Source: Candidatus Bathyarchaeota archaeon (lineage in GTDB: Archaea; Thermoproteota; Bathyarchaeia; Bathyarchaeales; Bathycorpusculaceae). From it: a stretch of 64,000 nucleotides of DNA. Positions 1 through 9,259 of the stretch are shown piece after piece (the first letter of the stretch is position 1; the number at the start of each line of letters is the position of its first letter). Position numbers and translations under genes: made by a program. The notes under the pieces are model-generated. The model did no database searches and had not been told where the DNA came from. It saw nothing but the letters and a program-made list of their open reading frames with translations. The stretch covers positions 64,001 to 128,000 of the forward strand of contig CAWDYC010000005.1 in assembly GCA_963806535.1 (NCBI GenBank), written 5' to 3'.

Positions 1-1184
1 TAGCATCCATGGACGCAAACACTGGCGCTCAACTATGGATCAAGAACCTCACATACTCAGACACAACAACCTTACTACCTTTCACAAGAACACAAATGCA
101 AATTCAAGACGGAGTTTGGATTAACGCTAACATGGCTAATTGGAACGTTGTAGCTTATGATGCACGTACAGGCGCTCAAAAATGGACAGCTACTCTTACA
201 GGCTTCAACGGTGCTGCACCAAACCCATACGACCAATTTAACCTCAAAACCTACAATGGACCTGGCTGTATCTACCTCGAAGGCTTCGGCGGAGACATAT
301 GGTCACTCAACGATCAGACCGGACAACTAAACTGGTACACAAACACAACTGCACTCATTGGTGATCCTGGAATTGAAACCCCGTACTCTATCTGGCCTCT
401 ATGGACTTTCAGCTGCAGCTGCATGACCAATGATATGGCATATTTCGCTATTGGTCACGAATATAACCCACCGCTGTTCCACGGAGCACAACTACTTGCA
501 CTTAACGCGACAACTGGACAATTGGCATGGAGCACATTGGACATGTCCATTGAATCCACATCAATCTCAGACGGCATCATGCTATCACGCAACGCATACG
601 ACAACCAAATATACGCTTTTGGTAAAGGGCCAACCTCTACAACCGTTAATGCCCCCTCAATCGGAGTTTCAACTACCACTCCAATAACCATAACTGGTAC
701 AGTGATGGACGTTTCCGCAGGTGTTTCCCAAAGTGCAGTCGCAAAGAACTTCCCTAATGGTCTACCAGCCGTTTCCGATTCTAGTCAGAGCCACTGGATG
801 GAGCATGTATATCAGCAACAACCGTTCCCCGCAGGCACTACTGGCGTTCCAGTTACTATAAGCGTCATAGATTCAAACAACAACTTTAGGACTATCGGCA
901 CTGCAACAAGCGACTCGAGCGGCACTTATGCTTACACATGGACACCTGATATACCAGGCAACTACACTGTTATCGCAGCATTCGCTGGATCAAATTCATA
1001 CTATGGATCAACAGCTGAGACCCACATCTTCGCTAGCAGCCCATCAGCATCAAATACACCAGTTGCAACTGCTAACTCAAACGTAGCAACCTCATCAGAC
1101 GTCATCTACATCGGAGTTGCAATCATAGTTGTTGTAATCATTATCGGTGCTGTATTAGCAGTGCTGATGATGAGAAAACGCTAA
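1..1184 (+). CDS. PQQ-like beta-propeller surface protein with Ig-like domain and C-terminal membrane anchor (5'-truncated by the window edge)
   Basis: Repeated 'A.DA.TG...W' propeller blades (YDARTGAQKW, LNDQTGQLNW, LNATTGQLAW); 'GTYAYTWTPDIPGNYTVIAAFAGS' Ig-like segment; hydrophobic C-terminal helix followed by RKR. Confidence 0.8.
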   Translation, partial: ASMDANTGAQLWIKNLTYSDTTTLLPFTRTQMQIQDGVWINANMANWNVVAYDARTGAQKWTATLTGFNGAAPNPYDQFNLKTYNGPGCIYLEGFGGDIWSLNDQTGQLNWYTNTTALIGDPGIETPYSIWPLWTFSCSCMTNDMAYFAIGHEYNPPLFHGAQLLALNATTGQLAWSTLDMSIESTSISDGIMLSRNAYDNQIYAFGKGPTSTTVNAPSIGVSTTTPITITGTVMDVSAGVSQSAVAKNFPNGLPAVSDSSQSHWMEHVYQQQPFPAGTTGVPVTISVIDSNNNFRTIGTATSDSSGTYAYTWTPDIPGNYTVIAAFAGSNSYYGSTAETHIFASSPSASNTPVATANSNVATSSDVIYIGVAIIVVVIIIGAVLAVLMMRKR

Positions 1185-1205
1185 ACACTGAAAACCAACA
1201 AATCA

Positions 1206-1225
1206 ATTTCCCTTTCCCTTTTTTT
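1206..1225 (+). terminator. Oligo-T/pyrimidine-rich archaeal-type terminator
   Basis: tttccctttcccttttttt about 20 nt after the stop codon at 1184. Confidence 0.5.
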
Positions 1226-1858
1226 GGGACTAAAAAAAAGTCGAAGAAGAAATGGGGCTGATTAGGCTCTGGTTAAATTCACGAAATCGCGGTATTTATC
1301 GTGATAGCGCATTTGCATTTGCGTTTTTCTCCTTCAAAATTCCAGAACCTCAGCAAACCCTAAATTTCTTCAAGACTGTATACACATTTATTGAAGGTTG
1401 AACTGGTTTTTAGTTTGAAAATATGTATAGACTGTATTTCAACCCAACAAATTAACATCGGGCTCATAAAAGGAGCTTTAGTGGCTTCTATGTTTCCCAA
1501 AAGTATTGGCTGGAAGGGGCTAAAGCGTTTGTAGAAATGAAGTAGCGCTCGCTGTCAAGTAATAAGCTTAGTTTATGTTGATTAACAAAATCTGTTATTA
1601 GGGAGAGTCCGTTACTGTTGACTAAACTTTTGTTCAATTGTTAAAACAAATCCATCATTTATGGTGTCAAGCATCTTTACATCTAAACTGCAGCTTGACC
1701 CAATTTCTCTTTTAAAGACCATAGCCTCAAATATTTTCAATTTTTTTGCCCACCCATCCAAATTTAGTCGCTCACTTTACCCAAAAAAATTTTGGACAGG
1801 TGATTCCAAACTTGGTTACTTACTATATATGGGCATGAGCGCTCTTAAGGGTTCGCGT

Positions 1859-2287
1859 TTAGAAAAAGCAAAATACATCCAATTCTCTCGCCAGAACCGG
1901 TTGTTTCACGCACGAATACCTTAGGACATCCTTATTGAACAAGGGGCTGGAAATTATCATGTCTGCTGTTGCTCTGTTACAGGCAGTTGGAATATTGTAT
2001 AATACGGCCAATCTTAGAACAGCTTTGACATCAACATCATGAGGCTGAGATTCCAGAGGATCCCAAAAGAATATCAGAATATCGAGTTTCTTGTTGGCAA
2101 TCAACGCTCCAAGCTCCATATCTCCACCATAAGGTCCACTTTTCAGCAGATTTATTTGCAATCCTGTTTTTTCAATTATTTGTTGCCCAGTGGTTCCTGT
2201 TGCGTATAGGTAATATTGGGATAAGGTTCCTTTGTTGAAATCACACCATTCAACAATATCCTTTTTCTTGTTATCGTGAGCTACCAA
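1859..2287 (-). CDS. mgsA: Methylglyoxal synthase
   Basis: Motifs (IAL)VAHDNKK, YATGTTG, SGPYGGD, FFWDPLESQPHDVDVKA, IPTACNRATAD; homology extends a few codons upstream of the called TTG. Confidence 0.9.
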   Translation of the reverse strand: MVAHDNKKKDIVEWCDFNKGTLSQYYLYATGTTGQQIIEKTGLQINLLKSGPYGGDMELGALIANKKLDILIFFWDPLESQPHDVDVKAVLRLAVLYNIPTACNRATADMIISSPLFNKDVLRYSCVKQPVLARELDVFCFF

Positions 2288-2633
2288 CGCAATAGTCTTA
2301 ATCTTGGCTCTTTCCTGTTGTGTTTTAAACTTAATGAAGTATCTAATAAAAGCATAGACAAATTTTTCCGGTTTATTTATGGAATAAGTCAGCTCATTTG
2401 CCTAAATGAATTTGAAAGTGTTTTGTCTTATTCTTTACTGTTTAGCAAGCAAGCTATTTTGATCTAATTAGAAACTGCATGGTGTAACGAGGTTTTTTGG
2501 GTGACTAGCCTATATAGTTAACATTACATTAGTAAACTATTGTCGGGATAATTCAAGAAAGAGTACAACCTGCGCCTAGAAGAACAGACTTTTTCAAGAC
2601 AATTTCTGGCAAACAACTTCATGAGGGGAATAT

Positions 2634-3290
2634 TTGAATCAAAAAAAGCCAACGATAATGGAGCATCTTGCGTTTCTTTCAGTGAAACAAGGGATTTACC
2701 TTGCAGAACTTTACGAAGCAATGGTTGCAGCCAGAGAAAAAGGAAAAATCAAATGCCAAAATCTACTGGTTGAATACCGCTGCAGCATAAAAGACGAAGC
2801 CATATTTCTAATTACCAAAGACAGCAAAGTTGTACTGCAGTTTCGAGTTGAAGAAGAACTTCTCCAGAAAAAAGACATCTGTTTCGAACACTGGATGGAC
2901 ACCGACAAAGTACGCAAACAAATGAATAGACAAAGTTTCTCGCCTAAAGCATCTGTTTTAGTTCAAGATCTGCGGCATGGAATGAAAAAAGTTAATCTGG
3001 AAGCTAAAGTTCTCGAGATTCCAACACCCTCAACAGTCCAAACAAGGTACGGAAACAGCGCCAAAGTAACTAATGCTTGGATAGAGGATGAAACAGGAAA
3101 AGTAAAGCTTTGTCTTTGGAATGAACAAGCAGAACTCTTTAGCGTCGGCGACACTGTACAGATTAAGAATGCTTCAGTTTCCACATTTAAAGGTGAAAGA
3201 CAACTTCGCCTTGGAAAAAATGGAACCGCCACTGTGCTCCAAAACTCTGTCATGCTGAAAGAAAGCAGAGACAAGCGGTCGCAAAAATAG
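2634..3290 (+). CDS. SSB/RPA-like OB-fold protein with uncharacterised N-terminal domain (paralog 1)
   Basis: C-terminal crenarchaeal-SSB-like OB fold: 'VQDLRHGMKKVNLEAKVLE...IEDETGKVKLCLWNEQ...GDTVQIKNA...FKGERQLRLGKNG'. Confidence 0.8.
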   Translation: MNQKKPTIMEHLAFLSVKQGIYLAELYEAMVAAREKGKIKCQNLLVEYRCSIKDEAIFLITKDSKVVLQFRVEEELLQKKDICFEHWMDTDKVRKQMNRQSFSPKASVLVQDLRHGMKKVNLEAKVLEIPTPSTVQTRYGNSAKVTNAWIEDETGKVKLCLWNEQAELFSVGDTVQIKNASVSTFKGERQLRLGKNGTATVLQNSVMLKESRDKRSQK

Positions 3291-3329
3291 AATCTACGCC
3301 TAACTTAATTGGCTCAGAAAAACACTGTT

Positions 3330-3560
3330 TTAAATTGCGTTTGGCTGTTTAATCCATACTTTCACGTTGTTCTGTATTTTTATTCTTGCCTCTGTCTGCA
3401 TCAGTCTGATTTGCGTTTGAATTAATCTGTCATCGGTTGTGTTGAACTCTTTCTTTAATGCGTCTTCCAGCTTGGGCAAATTAATGTGTTCAGCCGAGCC
3501 AACTATATTCCAGAAGTACTTTTGGACTTTTTCTCTTTTTCTTAGTGCTTCTTTTTCCAA
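3330..3560 (-). CDS. Small hypothetical protein, possibly winged-helix-like
   Basis: 76 aa ORF overlapping the 3' end of the methyltransferase gene, same strand. Confidence 0.5.
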   Translation of the reverse strand: MEKEALRKREKVQKYFWNIVGSAEHINLPKLEDALKKEFNTTDDRLIQTQIRLMQTEARIKIQNNVKVWIKQPNAI

Positions 3561-4204
3561 ATTGGTATCCTATCCCTTAAGCCAGAATTGCAATACTGCC
3601 CTAAAAGAACCCGAAACCCGCTTTCTCTATCAAGAATTGAGCAGTTACCAAAAGTTTCACTAAAAAGGGCAGGCAACGCTTTTGCGCCGATTTTGGACCG
3701 AATAACCATTTGGAAAGTGGCTTTGTCCGCCATGACTTTTGGGGCTTGAGTCACTATTGCTTTCACTGTTTCCATACCTGCACTAACAGGTGGATTTGAA
3801 AGAATACATTCAAACTTTAAATCTTCAACTGGCTCATAAAAATGGCCATAACGCACTTCAGCATTGGTTATCTTGTTTAATGGCAGGTTTTTTCTTGCCA
3901 GGCGCACAGCTCTCACGTTCACATCTGTCATGATTACGCGAAGCTTCGGGTTTAATGCAGCTGCAACTATGCCAACAGCGCCATATCCACAGCCGATGTC
4001 AAGGATGCATCCTGTTTTCGGCAAAATCATCGATTCAATCAGTAATCTGGTGCCCAAATCAATTCGTCTCTTCGAAAAAACGCTTGACGCAGTCAAAAAC
4101 TCGAAGTTTCTGCCGCAGAGAGTTGTTCGAACTAAACCGAACCTCTCTTTAGACTTGGGCTCAGCCACAAAATAATGCTCTGTGTTATCGTTGTTCGGGT
4201 TCAT
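3542..4204 (-). CDS. Class I SAM-dependent methyltransferase, RsmC/MJ0882-like
   Basis: VFSKRRIDLGTRLL, LDIGCGYG and NPP motifs; adjacent to cbf5. Confidence 0.88.
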   Translation of the reverse strand: MNPNNDNTEHYFVAEPKSKERFGLVRTTLCGRNFEFLTASSVFSKRRIDLGTRLLIESMILPKTGCILDIGCGYGAVGIVAAALNPKLRVIMTDVNVRAVRLARKNLPLNKITNAEVRYGHFYEPVEDLKFECILSNPPVSAGMETVKAIVTQAPKVMADKATFQMVIRSKIGAKALPALFSETFGNCSILDRESGFRVLLGQYCNSGLRDRIPIWKKKH

Positions 4205-5210
4205 TTGCTTTACCGCTTTTCCAAACCTTCGGATAAGTGCCCCTTGGCATTAGAACTCTCTCCAAGCCAGCAACAACGCCATGCTTCAAATCCATAATTT
4301 CCTGAGTCGACACCAACGCTTTTCCCAAAGCCACTGCTTCACCCTTCAACGTGAAAATCGCTAAAATCGAACCCTTCTCAAAACCGCTTTCAACCTGACA
4401 CACACCAGGAGCAGTCAAGTTCGCACCATGGCAAAGGGCATCAACAGCTGAGTCGCGAACAACAATTTTCGGCAACAAAACCAACGCTTCTTCCATGGGA
4501 ACAATGAATTTGTGCAGGATTGCTTCATCCTTTTTCTGTTCCCACTCGCCAAACCAATAAGCTACATCATGCAGGGTGACTTTTGTGGTGCTGTTTTCAG
4601 TGAATGATCCTGATCGGGTTCTGCGGAGTTCTTGCATGTGTGCGCCGACGCCTAAGATTTCGCCTATGTCAAAGCATAGTTTGCGTATGTACGTTCCTGC
4701 TTCGCAGCCGACTTTGAAGAGAACATTGCGTCCACTGTATTCCAAGTAATCGATGTAGTATATGCGTCGGGTTCTTAGTTGCCGCTTAACTGAAGAACGC
4801 AATGGGGGACGCTGATAAATTTCATCCTCAAACTCACTTAAAACCCTCTTAATTTCCTCTTCGTTACTATCTGCATGAAGCTTCATTACACAAACGTATT
4901 CTTTGCCGCTGTAAAGAAACGCCTGAACAACCTTGGTTGAATCCTCTAATGTGATGGGTAAAACACCTGTAACTTTTGGATCTAAGGTTCCTCCATGTCC
5001 GATGGCGCTGACATGCATGATTTTTTTTACCCATGCCGCAACTTCGTGGCTTGTTGGACCAGCAGGCTTGTCAAGATTTATTGTGCCGTATTGAATGTAT
5101 TCTTTTGCTGGTCTTTCAGAGGGTCGATGTCCATATTTGGGGTCAGTCGTGTCCTCTGCTTTCGTCAACATTTCACGTTTGATTTCCCACGGCGGGGTAG
5201 ATCGAGCCAT
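4185..5210 (-). CDS. cbf5: H/ACA RNP pseudouridine synthase Cbf5 (TruB family) with PUA domain
   Basis: DKPAGPTSHEV, GHGGTLDPKVTG, QRPPLRSSVKR, CEAGTYIRKLC, ELRRTRSG. Confidence 0.97.
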   Translation of the reverse strand: MARSTPPWEIKREMLTKAEDTTDPKYGHRPSERPAKEYIQYGTINLDKPAGPTSHEVAAWVKKIMHVSAIGHGGTLDPKVTGVLPITLEDSTKVVQAFLYSGKEYVCVMKLHADSNEEEIKRVLSEFEDEIYQRPPLRSSVKRQLRTRRIYYIDYLEYSGRNVLFKVGCEAGTYIRKLCFDIGEILGVGAHMQELRRTRSGSFTENSTTKVTLHDVAYWFGEWEQKKDEAILHKFIVPMEEALVLLPKIVVRDSAVDALCHGANLTAPGVCQVESGFEKGSILAIFTLKGEAVALGKALVSTQEIMDLKHGVVAGLERVLMPRGTYPKVWKSGKANEPEQR

Positions 5211-5272
5211 CTTGCGTATTTTCTCTCCTAATTAAATGTAAGAAAAAGAAATTAGAGGTATTAAAGCTTAAA

Positions 5273-5551
5273 CTATGCAGTTTTAACAGGTTGCGTCATT
5301 TCTTGCAGTTTACCTGCAGACTCTAAGACAGAAGCAACTTCCTCATCTGACGCGCCACGTTTAACATCAACTTTATCCTGCAGAGGCATAACATGGTTTA
5401 TGTTGACTCGTCTCCGCTTGATTCCAGTGACTTTTTTTGGGCCTGTCACTAAAACAAAGCTTTTGTCCATAACATCTATGACGACGCATTTTTTGCCAAT
5501 CTCTCGGCCAGCTTGTTTTACGCATACTCTGCCAACTTCTATAGCGGGCAT
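5273..5551 (-). CDS. rpl14e: 50S ribosomal protein L14e
   Basis: IEVGRVCVKQAGREIGKKCVVIDV...GPKKVTGIKRRRVNINH; canonical position upstream of cbf5. Confidence 0.95.
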   Translation of the reverse strand: MPAIEVGRVCVKQAGREIGKKCVVIDVMDKSFVLVTGPKKVTGIKRRRVNINHVMPLQDKVDVKRGASDEEVASVLESAGKLQEMTQPVKTA

Positions 5552-5751
5552 CTTTTTTTGTCTCCTTAAAAACAGAATACATCAATCGGCAAATATAAGC
5601 ATAACATATTTTCACGCGAGAAAAATCCAAGCAAAAAATCTATGACACATTAATTTGATGTTGGCACATATTGGCTACAAGCAAGAAAATAGAGAAGCCA
5701 AACGGATGCAAAAAACTTAAACAATACAGTGTTGACTGTATCGGTGCTGGT

Positions 5752-5874
5752 GCCGGGGTATCCGAGCCAGGTCTAAATAGGTGGCCAGATAAAAATTTAC
5801 ACCTAAGATATGGAGGAGGACTTAAGATCCTCTGGCGCAGGCCTTCGTGGGTTCAAGTCCCACCCCCGGCACCA
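5752..5874 (+). tRNA. tRNA-Leu(UAA) with a 35-nt intron (5777-5811) at about position 21/22; CCA encoded
   Basis: Acceptor GCCGGGG/CCCCGGC-ACCA; anticodon arm GAGGA-CT TAA GA-TCCTC; long variable arm; T arm GTGGG-TTCAAGT-CCCAC; D-stem TCC/GGA restored after removing the intron. Confidence 0.93.
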
Positions 5875-6101
5875 CTATGTTGAAAACCACTGTTTATTTC
5901 GCAGTTGTTTCCTTGATGTTTGCTTTGAAAGATATTTTCGAAGAGCGAAAGGATAGCAATGAAAATAAGAGGTTTTGTTTGATGGGTCTGATAGGCTTGG
6001 ACGTATATTTTTTACAATTTTTGGATAAGTAGATTTTCTGTCAAGCTATTGTATTTTGGTGAAACATATTATTAGGCGAAGAATAAACATTTTAAGAGAG
6101 A

Positions 6102-7454
6102 TTGAAAATACTGGGAAAGAATAGACAGGAAGGCCAAAAAAGGGGAGAGCAGTTAATTTCAAGGAATTCCTTTTTAAAAGTAGTTTTCTTCATTATTGTG
6201 CTGTTTTTAGCTTCAACTATTGTAGGGGCAACGATTTTCTCCGCCCCTAATAGCTCAAGCAATCACTATTTGCTATCACCTACGCCGTCTCGAGCCTTGA
6301 ACTTGCCACTTACAGCCAGCCCAATTGAAAAACCGACAAATATGCCAACGTTACCGCAATCAACTCCTAGCTCAGAATCAAATCCAATGCCTCTTCCTAC
6401 ATCAATCATCAATCCAACATTTTCGCCCTCACCTATTGACTCGCCAATTCCGACTCCAAGCTCTACTCCAACACCAACTCCTACGCCTACATCAACTCCA
6501 ACTTCGTCACCCACACCAACACCCAGCCCAAATCCAACAGCGACTCCTACGCTCAGCCCGTCGCCAACTCCTAGCCCAACACTCACTCCCACTCCGGAAC
6601 CGACCGTAACACCAACACCATCTCCAACTCCTTCACCAACTCCCAAACCAACGCCGACTCCAACCCCAACAGCAACCCCTACTCCTACACCTATTCCATC
6701 ACCAATACCAACGCCAATATTCTACGATGGCTTTGACAATTCAAGCACCCTATCAACTTGGAGCGACATTGCAAAAATTGATGATAGCGGCGGTTCACTT
6801 ACAGTTATCAATTCAGACTACAACACCGCGCCTAATTGCCTCGACAGTACACTTTACTCAAAAGATAACCAGCCAAATTATTATGACGTCTACACTATCT
6901 TTCCAACAGCATATAGAGCACTCTACTACAGCGAATCTGTTAAATCGATCAATTTTGTAAGCTCAGATCTGACTGGAGAATGGAATAGCGCAGTTGCAGT
7001 TGGCGGATTTGAATGTGGACCACAAGCAATCTACGCTAGCGCAGAAATTGTTGCCGTAACCCTTCCGAACGGTAGCTATTGGGGAATAATGTATCCAGTG
7101 GAACCTTTTAGAGTTTGGCAGTACGCTGTAAGCAGTATTCCAGTTGTTGATGGACAATGGATTAATTTTGTATTATACTTTGATTCAGGGAGAACGGGCC
7201 TGGATGGAAGTGTCACTCTTTGGACGGAAAACTCTCAGGGCATAATGACAATGGGTACTTCGGTTTACGGTTTTAATTCTACCTTGGACTACCAGTCAAC
7301 AGGAGTCTGGGCTGGACAATATATAGCAAACGGGCAAAATACAGGTGCACCCACTGAATTTCATGAAGATACAATTCAAGCCTCAACAAACTTTCCAATA
7401 GATATTGCTCCTCCCGCCATACAGGTTTATACAACCTATGCCGAGTCAACATGA
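6102..7454 (+). CDS. Membrane-anchored surface protein with Pro/Thr/Ser-rich stalk and C-terminal beta-sandwich (ConA/LamG-like) domain
   Basis: N-terminal TM helix; long (PT/PS)n tract at about 6440-6715; globular domain starting IFYDGFD. Confidence 0.7.
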   Translation: MKILGKNRQEGQKRGEQLISRNSFLKVVFFIIVLFLASTIVGATIFSAPNSSSNHYLLSPTPSRALNLPLTASPIEKPTNMPTLPQSTPSSESNPMPLPTSIINPTFSPSPIDSPIPTPSSTPTPTPTPTSTPTSSPTPTPSPNPTATPTLSPSPTPSPTLTPTPEPTVTPTPSPTPSPTPKPTPTPTPTATPTPTPIPSPIPTPIFYDGFDNSSTLSTWSDIAKIDDSGGSLTVINSDYNTAPNCLDSTLYSKDNQPNYYDVYTIFPTAYRALYYSESVKSINFVSSDLTGEWNSAVAVGGFECGPQAIYASAEIVAVTLPNGSYWGIMYPVEPFRVWQYAVSSIPVVDGQWINFVLYFDSGRTGLDGSVTLWTENSQGIMTMGTSVYGFNSTLDYQSTGVWAGQYIANGQNTGAPTEFHEDTIQASTNFPIDIAPPAIQVYTTYAEST

Positions 7455-7571
7455 AAGTTTGTTTGAAAACATCCCTTTTTTAGTTTGCTTGTAGGTTTGT
7501 TTTATGATGTCAAAAAAAGGGAAAGAAGTTACGGAGAAACGAAGTAGCGATAACATCACCAAGAGCTTGGA

Positions 7572-7588
7572 GTTCAAGTCCCACGGCA
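7572..7588 (+). repeat. Degenerate direct repeat of the tRNA-Leu 3' end (possible att scar)
   Basis: gttcaagtcccac-ggca versus tRNA gttcaagtcccac-cccc-ggca (5851-5871). Confidence 0.45.
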
Positions 7589-7639
7589 AGCAAACACTTT
7601 TGTCAATAATTTTTTATCTTAAAGTAACCAATAACTTGC

Positions 7640-8113
7640 ATGGATAAAGAAGAGAATTCGGTAGTTATCAAAGAAGTTGATGCAGAAACCTTTGATGATT
7701 TTTTGGGTTTAATTGATAAACTTGCTGAGTATGAGAAACTGGCTCCACCTGATGAAGAAGCGAAAAGAAGGTTGCGGAGGGACTGTTTGTCTGACAAGCC
7801 TAAGTATAGAGCATTTATTGGGAAAGTTGGCGATAAATATGTTTCTTACGTCATTTTTTTCTTTACTTATTCAAGTTTTCTTGCTTTGCCAACTCTATTT
7901 CTCGAAGATATTTTTGTTCTCGAAGAGTACAGAAGACAAGGGGTAGGCAAAAAAATGTTTGACTTCTTGAAAGAAACAGCTAAACGTGAAGGATGTGGCA
8001 GGATAGAATTTACCGTTTTGAAATGGAACAAGTTAGCGCAAGAATTCTATGAAAAGAACGGCGCCCAACGTTTAGAGTGGTATTTGTATCGGGTGGCAAA
8101 GAAAGATTTTTAG
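7640..8113 (+). CDS. GNAT N-acetyltransferase (SSAT/diamine acetyltransferase-like)
   Basis: LAEYEKL, FFTYSSF, LFLEDIFVLEEYRRQGVG, VLKWNKLAQEFY. Confidence 0.9.
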   Translation: MDKEENSVVIKEVDAETFDDFLGLIDKLAEYEKLAPPDEEAKRRLRRDCLSDKPKYRAFIGKVGDKYVSYVIFFFTYSSFLALPTLFLEDIFVLEEYRRQGVGKKMFDFLKETAKREGCGRIEFTVLKWNKLAQEFYEKNGAQRLEWYLYRVAKKDF

Positions 8114-8994
8114 TTTGATCCCCATGAGGGCTGGGTTGCTTTTCTCTGCAGAAATGTGATTACTGAATCTACGAGGGCTTCACAAGCAAACCATCTTTCT
8201 TCCAAGGAACCATCCGTCTCCAAGTTCTGGAATAGTTTCTTGAACTTTTTTATCTGCTCCACCACTGGCTCCCGTCTTCTTTCGTATTCCTCTCGAAGTT
8301 TCTTTTGCCTGGCATTAAAATCCAGTACAACTAATTCAAATTCCCTTTGTTTATTGTCTAATTCCTGCTCTATCTCGATTTCTTTCTGTTCCCTATCCTT
8401 TCTGGAAATACCTCGGAAAAATCCTGTTTTCATTTGAATGACCTTTTCCTGCTCTTTTTTCAGGCTATCTATGATTCTGTATAGGCGTTTGACTTCACGG
8501 TTTTTTCGAGTTTTAATTGCCCTCATCATAGTTACATATTCAGTGTCGATTTGTTCAAGGCTTTTTCTGGAGTCTGATAGATTTCTTATTTCTTGTTCAA
8601 GTGAAGCTTCATTGCGGCGTCTATCTTCAAGTTGCTGCTTAATAATGGAGAGTGTTTGTGAGCGCTCCCTTACAAATTGATCATCTACACTTATGTTAGG
8701 ATGAGATTCAAACTCGCTTAGAACAATCGTTACATCTGTCAGCCAACGATCGAAATGCTGGCTGAACGGCGAAGAACCAAACTTCTGGTTGCCCAGAGTA
8801 TGCAGTCGCTTGAGGGTTCCTTCTGAAATCTCTTTTTCAGTTGCAGTAGGCTTTTCTTCCCGACTTGGTCTGCCAACACGTCTGTGAATGCGTTTTCTAT
8901 CTTTGCCTTTTTCGCGAAGAGGCTTCCTGTACTCGTGAATCGCGCGTCTAGGCGACTTGGCGTGAGGTTGGTATCCCATAACAAAACGTATCAC
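8110..8994 (-). CDS. Hypothetical coiled-coil protein (start possibly ATG at about 8979)
   Basis: Long E/K/R/Q-rich helical ORF with basic N-terminus. Confidence 0.65.
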   Translation of the reverse strand: MIRFVMGYQPHAKSPRRAIHEYRKPLREKGKDRKRIHRRVGRPSREEKPTATEKEISEGTLKRLHTLGNQKFGSSPFSQHFDRWLTDVTIVLSEFESHPNISVDDQFVRERSQTLSIIKQQLEDRRRNEASLEQEIRNLSDSRKSLEQIDTEYVTMMRAIKTRKNREVKRLYRIIDSLKKEQEKVIQMKTGFFRGISRKDREQKEIEIEQELDNKQREFELVVLDFNARQKKLREEYERRREPVVEQIKKFKKLFQNLETDGSLEERWFACEALVDSVITFLQRKATQPSWGSN

Positions 8995-9080
8995 TCTTGA
9001 AGTATTTAGTTTGTGCTTAAATTGCTCTTAACAAATAAAAAAGTTAAAGCGGGTGAACTGTTAAGGAATATCACAATTTA

Positions 9081-9213
9081 CCTTATTTTCTCAGGTTTGC
9101 GCAGGTGTACGTGCTTGTGCTTCCTTTTACGTGCTTGTACATTGGTTTGCTTCTGTGTACGCAGCCTGCAAAGAATTCAAACCCTGAAACAAAAAAGCAA
9201 ACCAAAACACAAA
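9081..9213 (+). repeat. Dispersed intergenic element, copy A (7 x 10-bp units ending TKTRC, then core)
   Basis: tcaggtttgc|gcaggtgtac|gtgcttgtgc|ttccttttac|gtgcttgtac|attggtttgc|ttctgtgtac then gcagccTGCAA-N25-GCAAaccAAAACACAAA. Confidence 0.75.
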
Positions 9214-9259
9214 CAACAAAATTTGGTCGATTAATCTGAAGTGTTTTTTTTTATCCAAC

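Noticed and set aside
1230-1858. Long intergenic region with ORF 1661-1924 and a faint similarity (accctaaat) to repeat copy D
   Set aside because: The ORF overlaps mgsA antisense and lacks motifs; the core geometry of the repeat is not preserved
5671-6032. ORFs 5671-5883 and 5847-6032
   Set aside because: They overlap the tRNA gene and have no protein motifs
6266-6646. Antisense (GV)n ORF
   Set aside because: Shadow of the Pro/Thr repeat on the plus strand
6440-6715. Tandem DNA repeat or VNTR
   Set aside because: Explained by the coding PT/PS stalk with synonymous variation
9091-9160. 10-bp arrays as a CRISPR or TIGR-type guide array
   Set aside because: Units are only 10 bp with no 25-40 nt repeats or spacers, no box C/D-like motifs, and no cas or Nop-domain gene in the window
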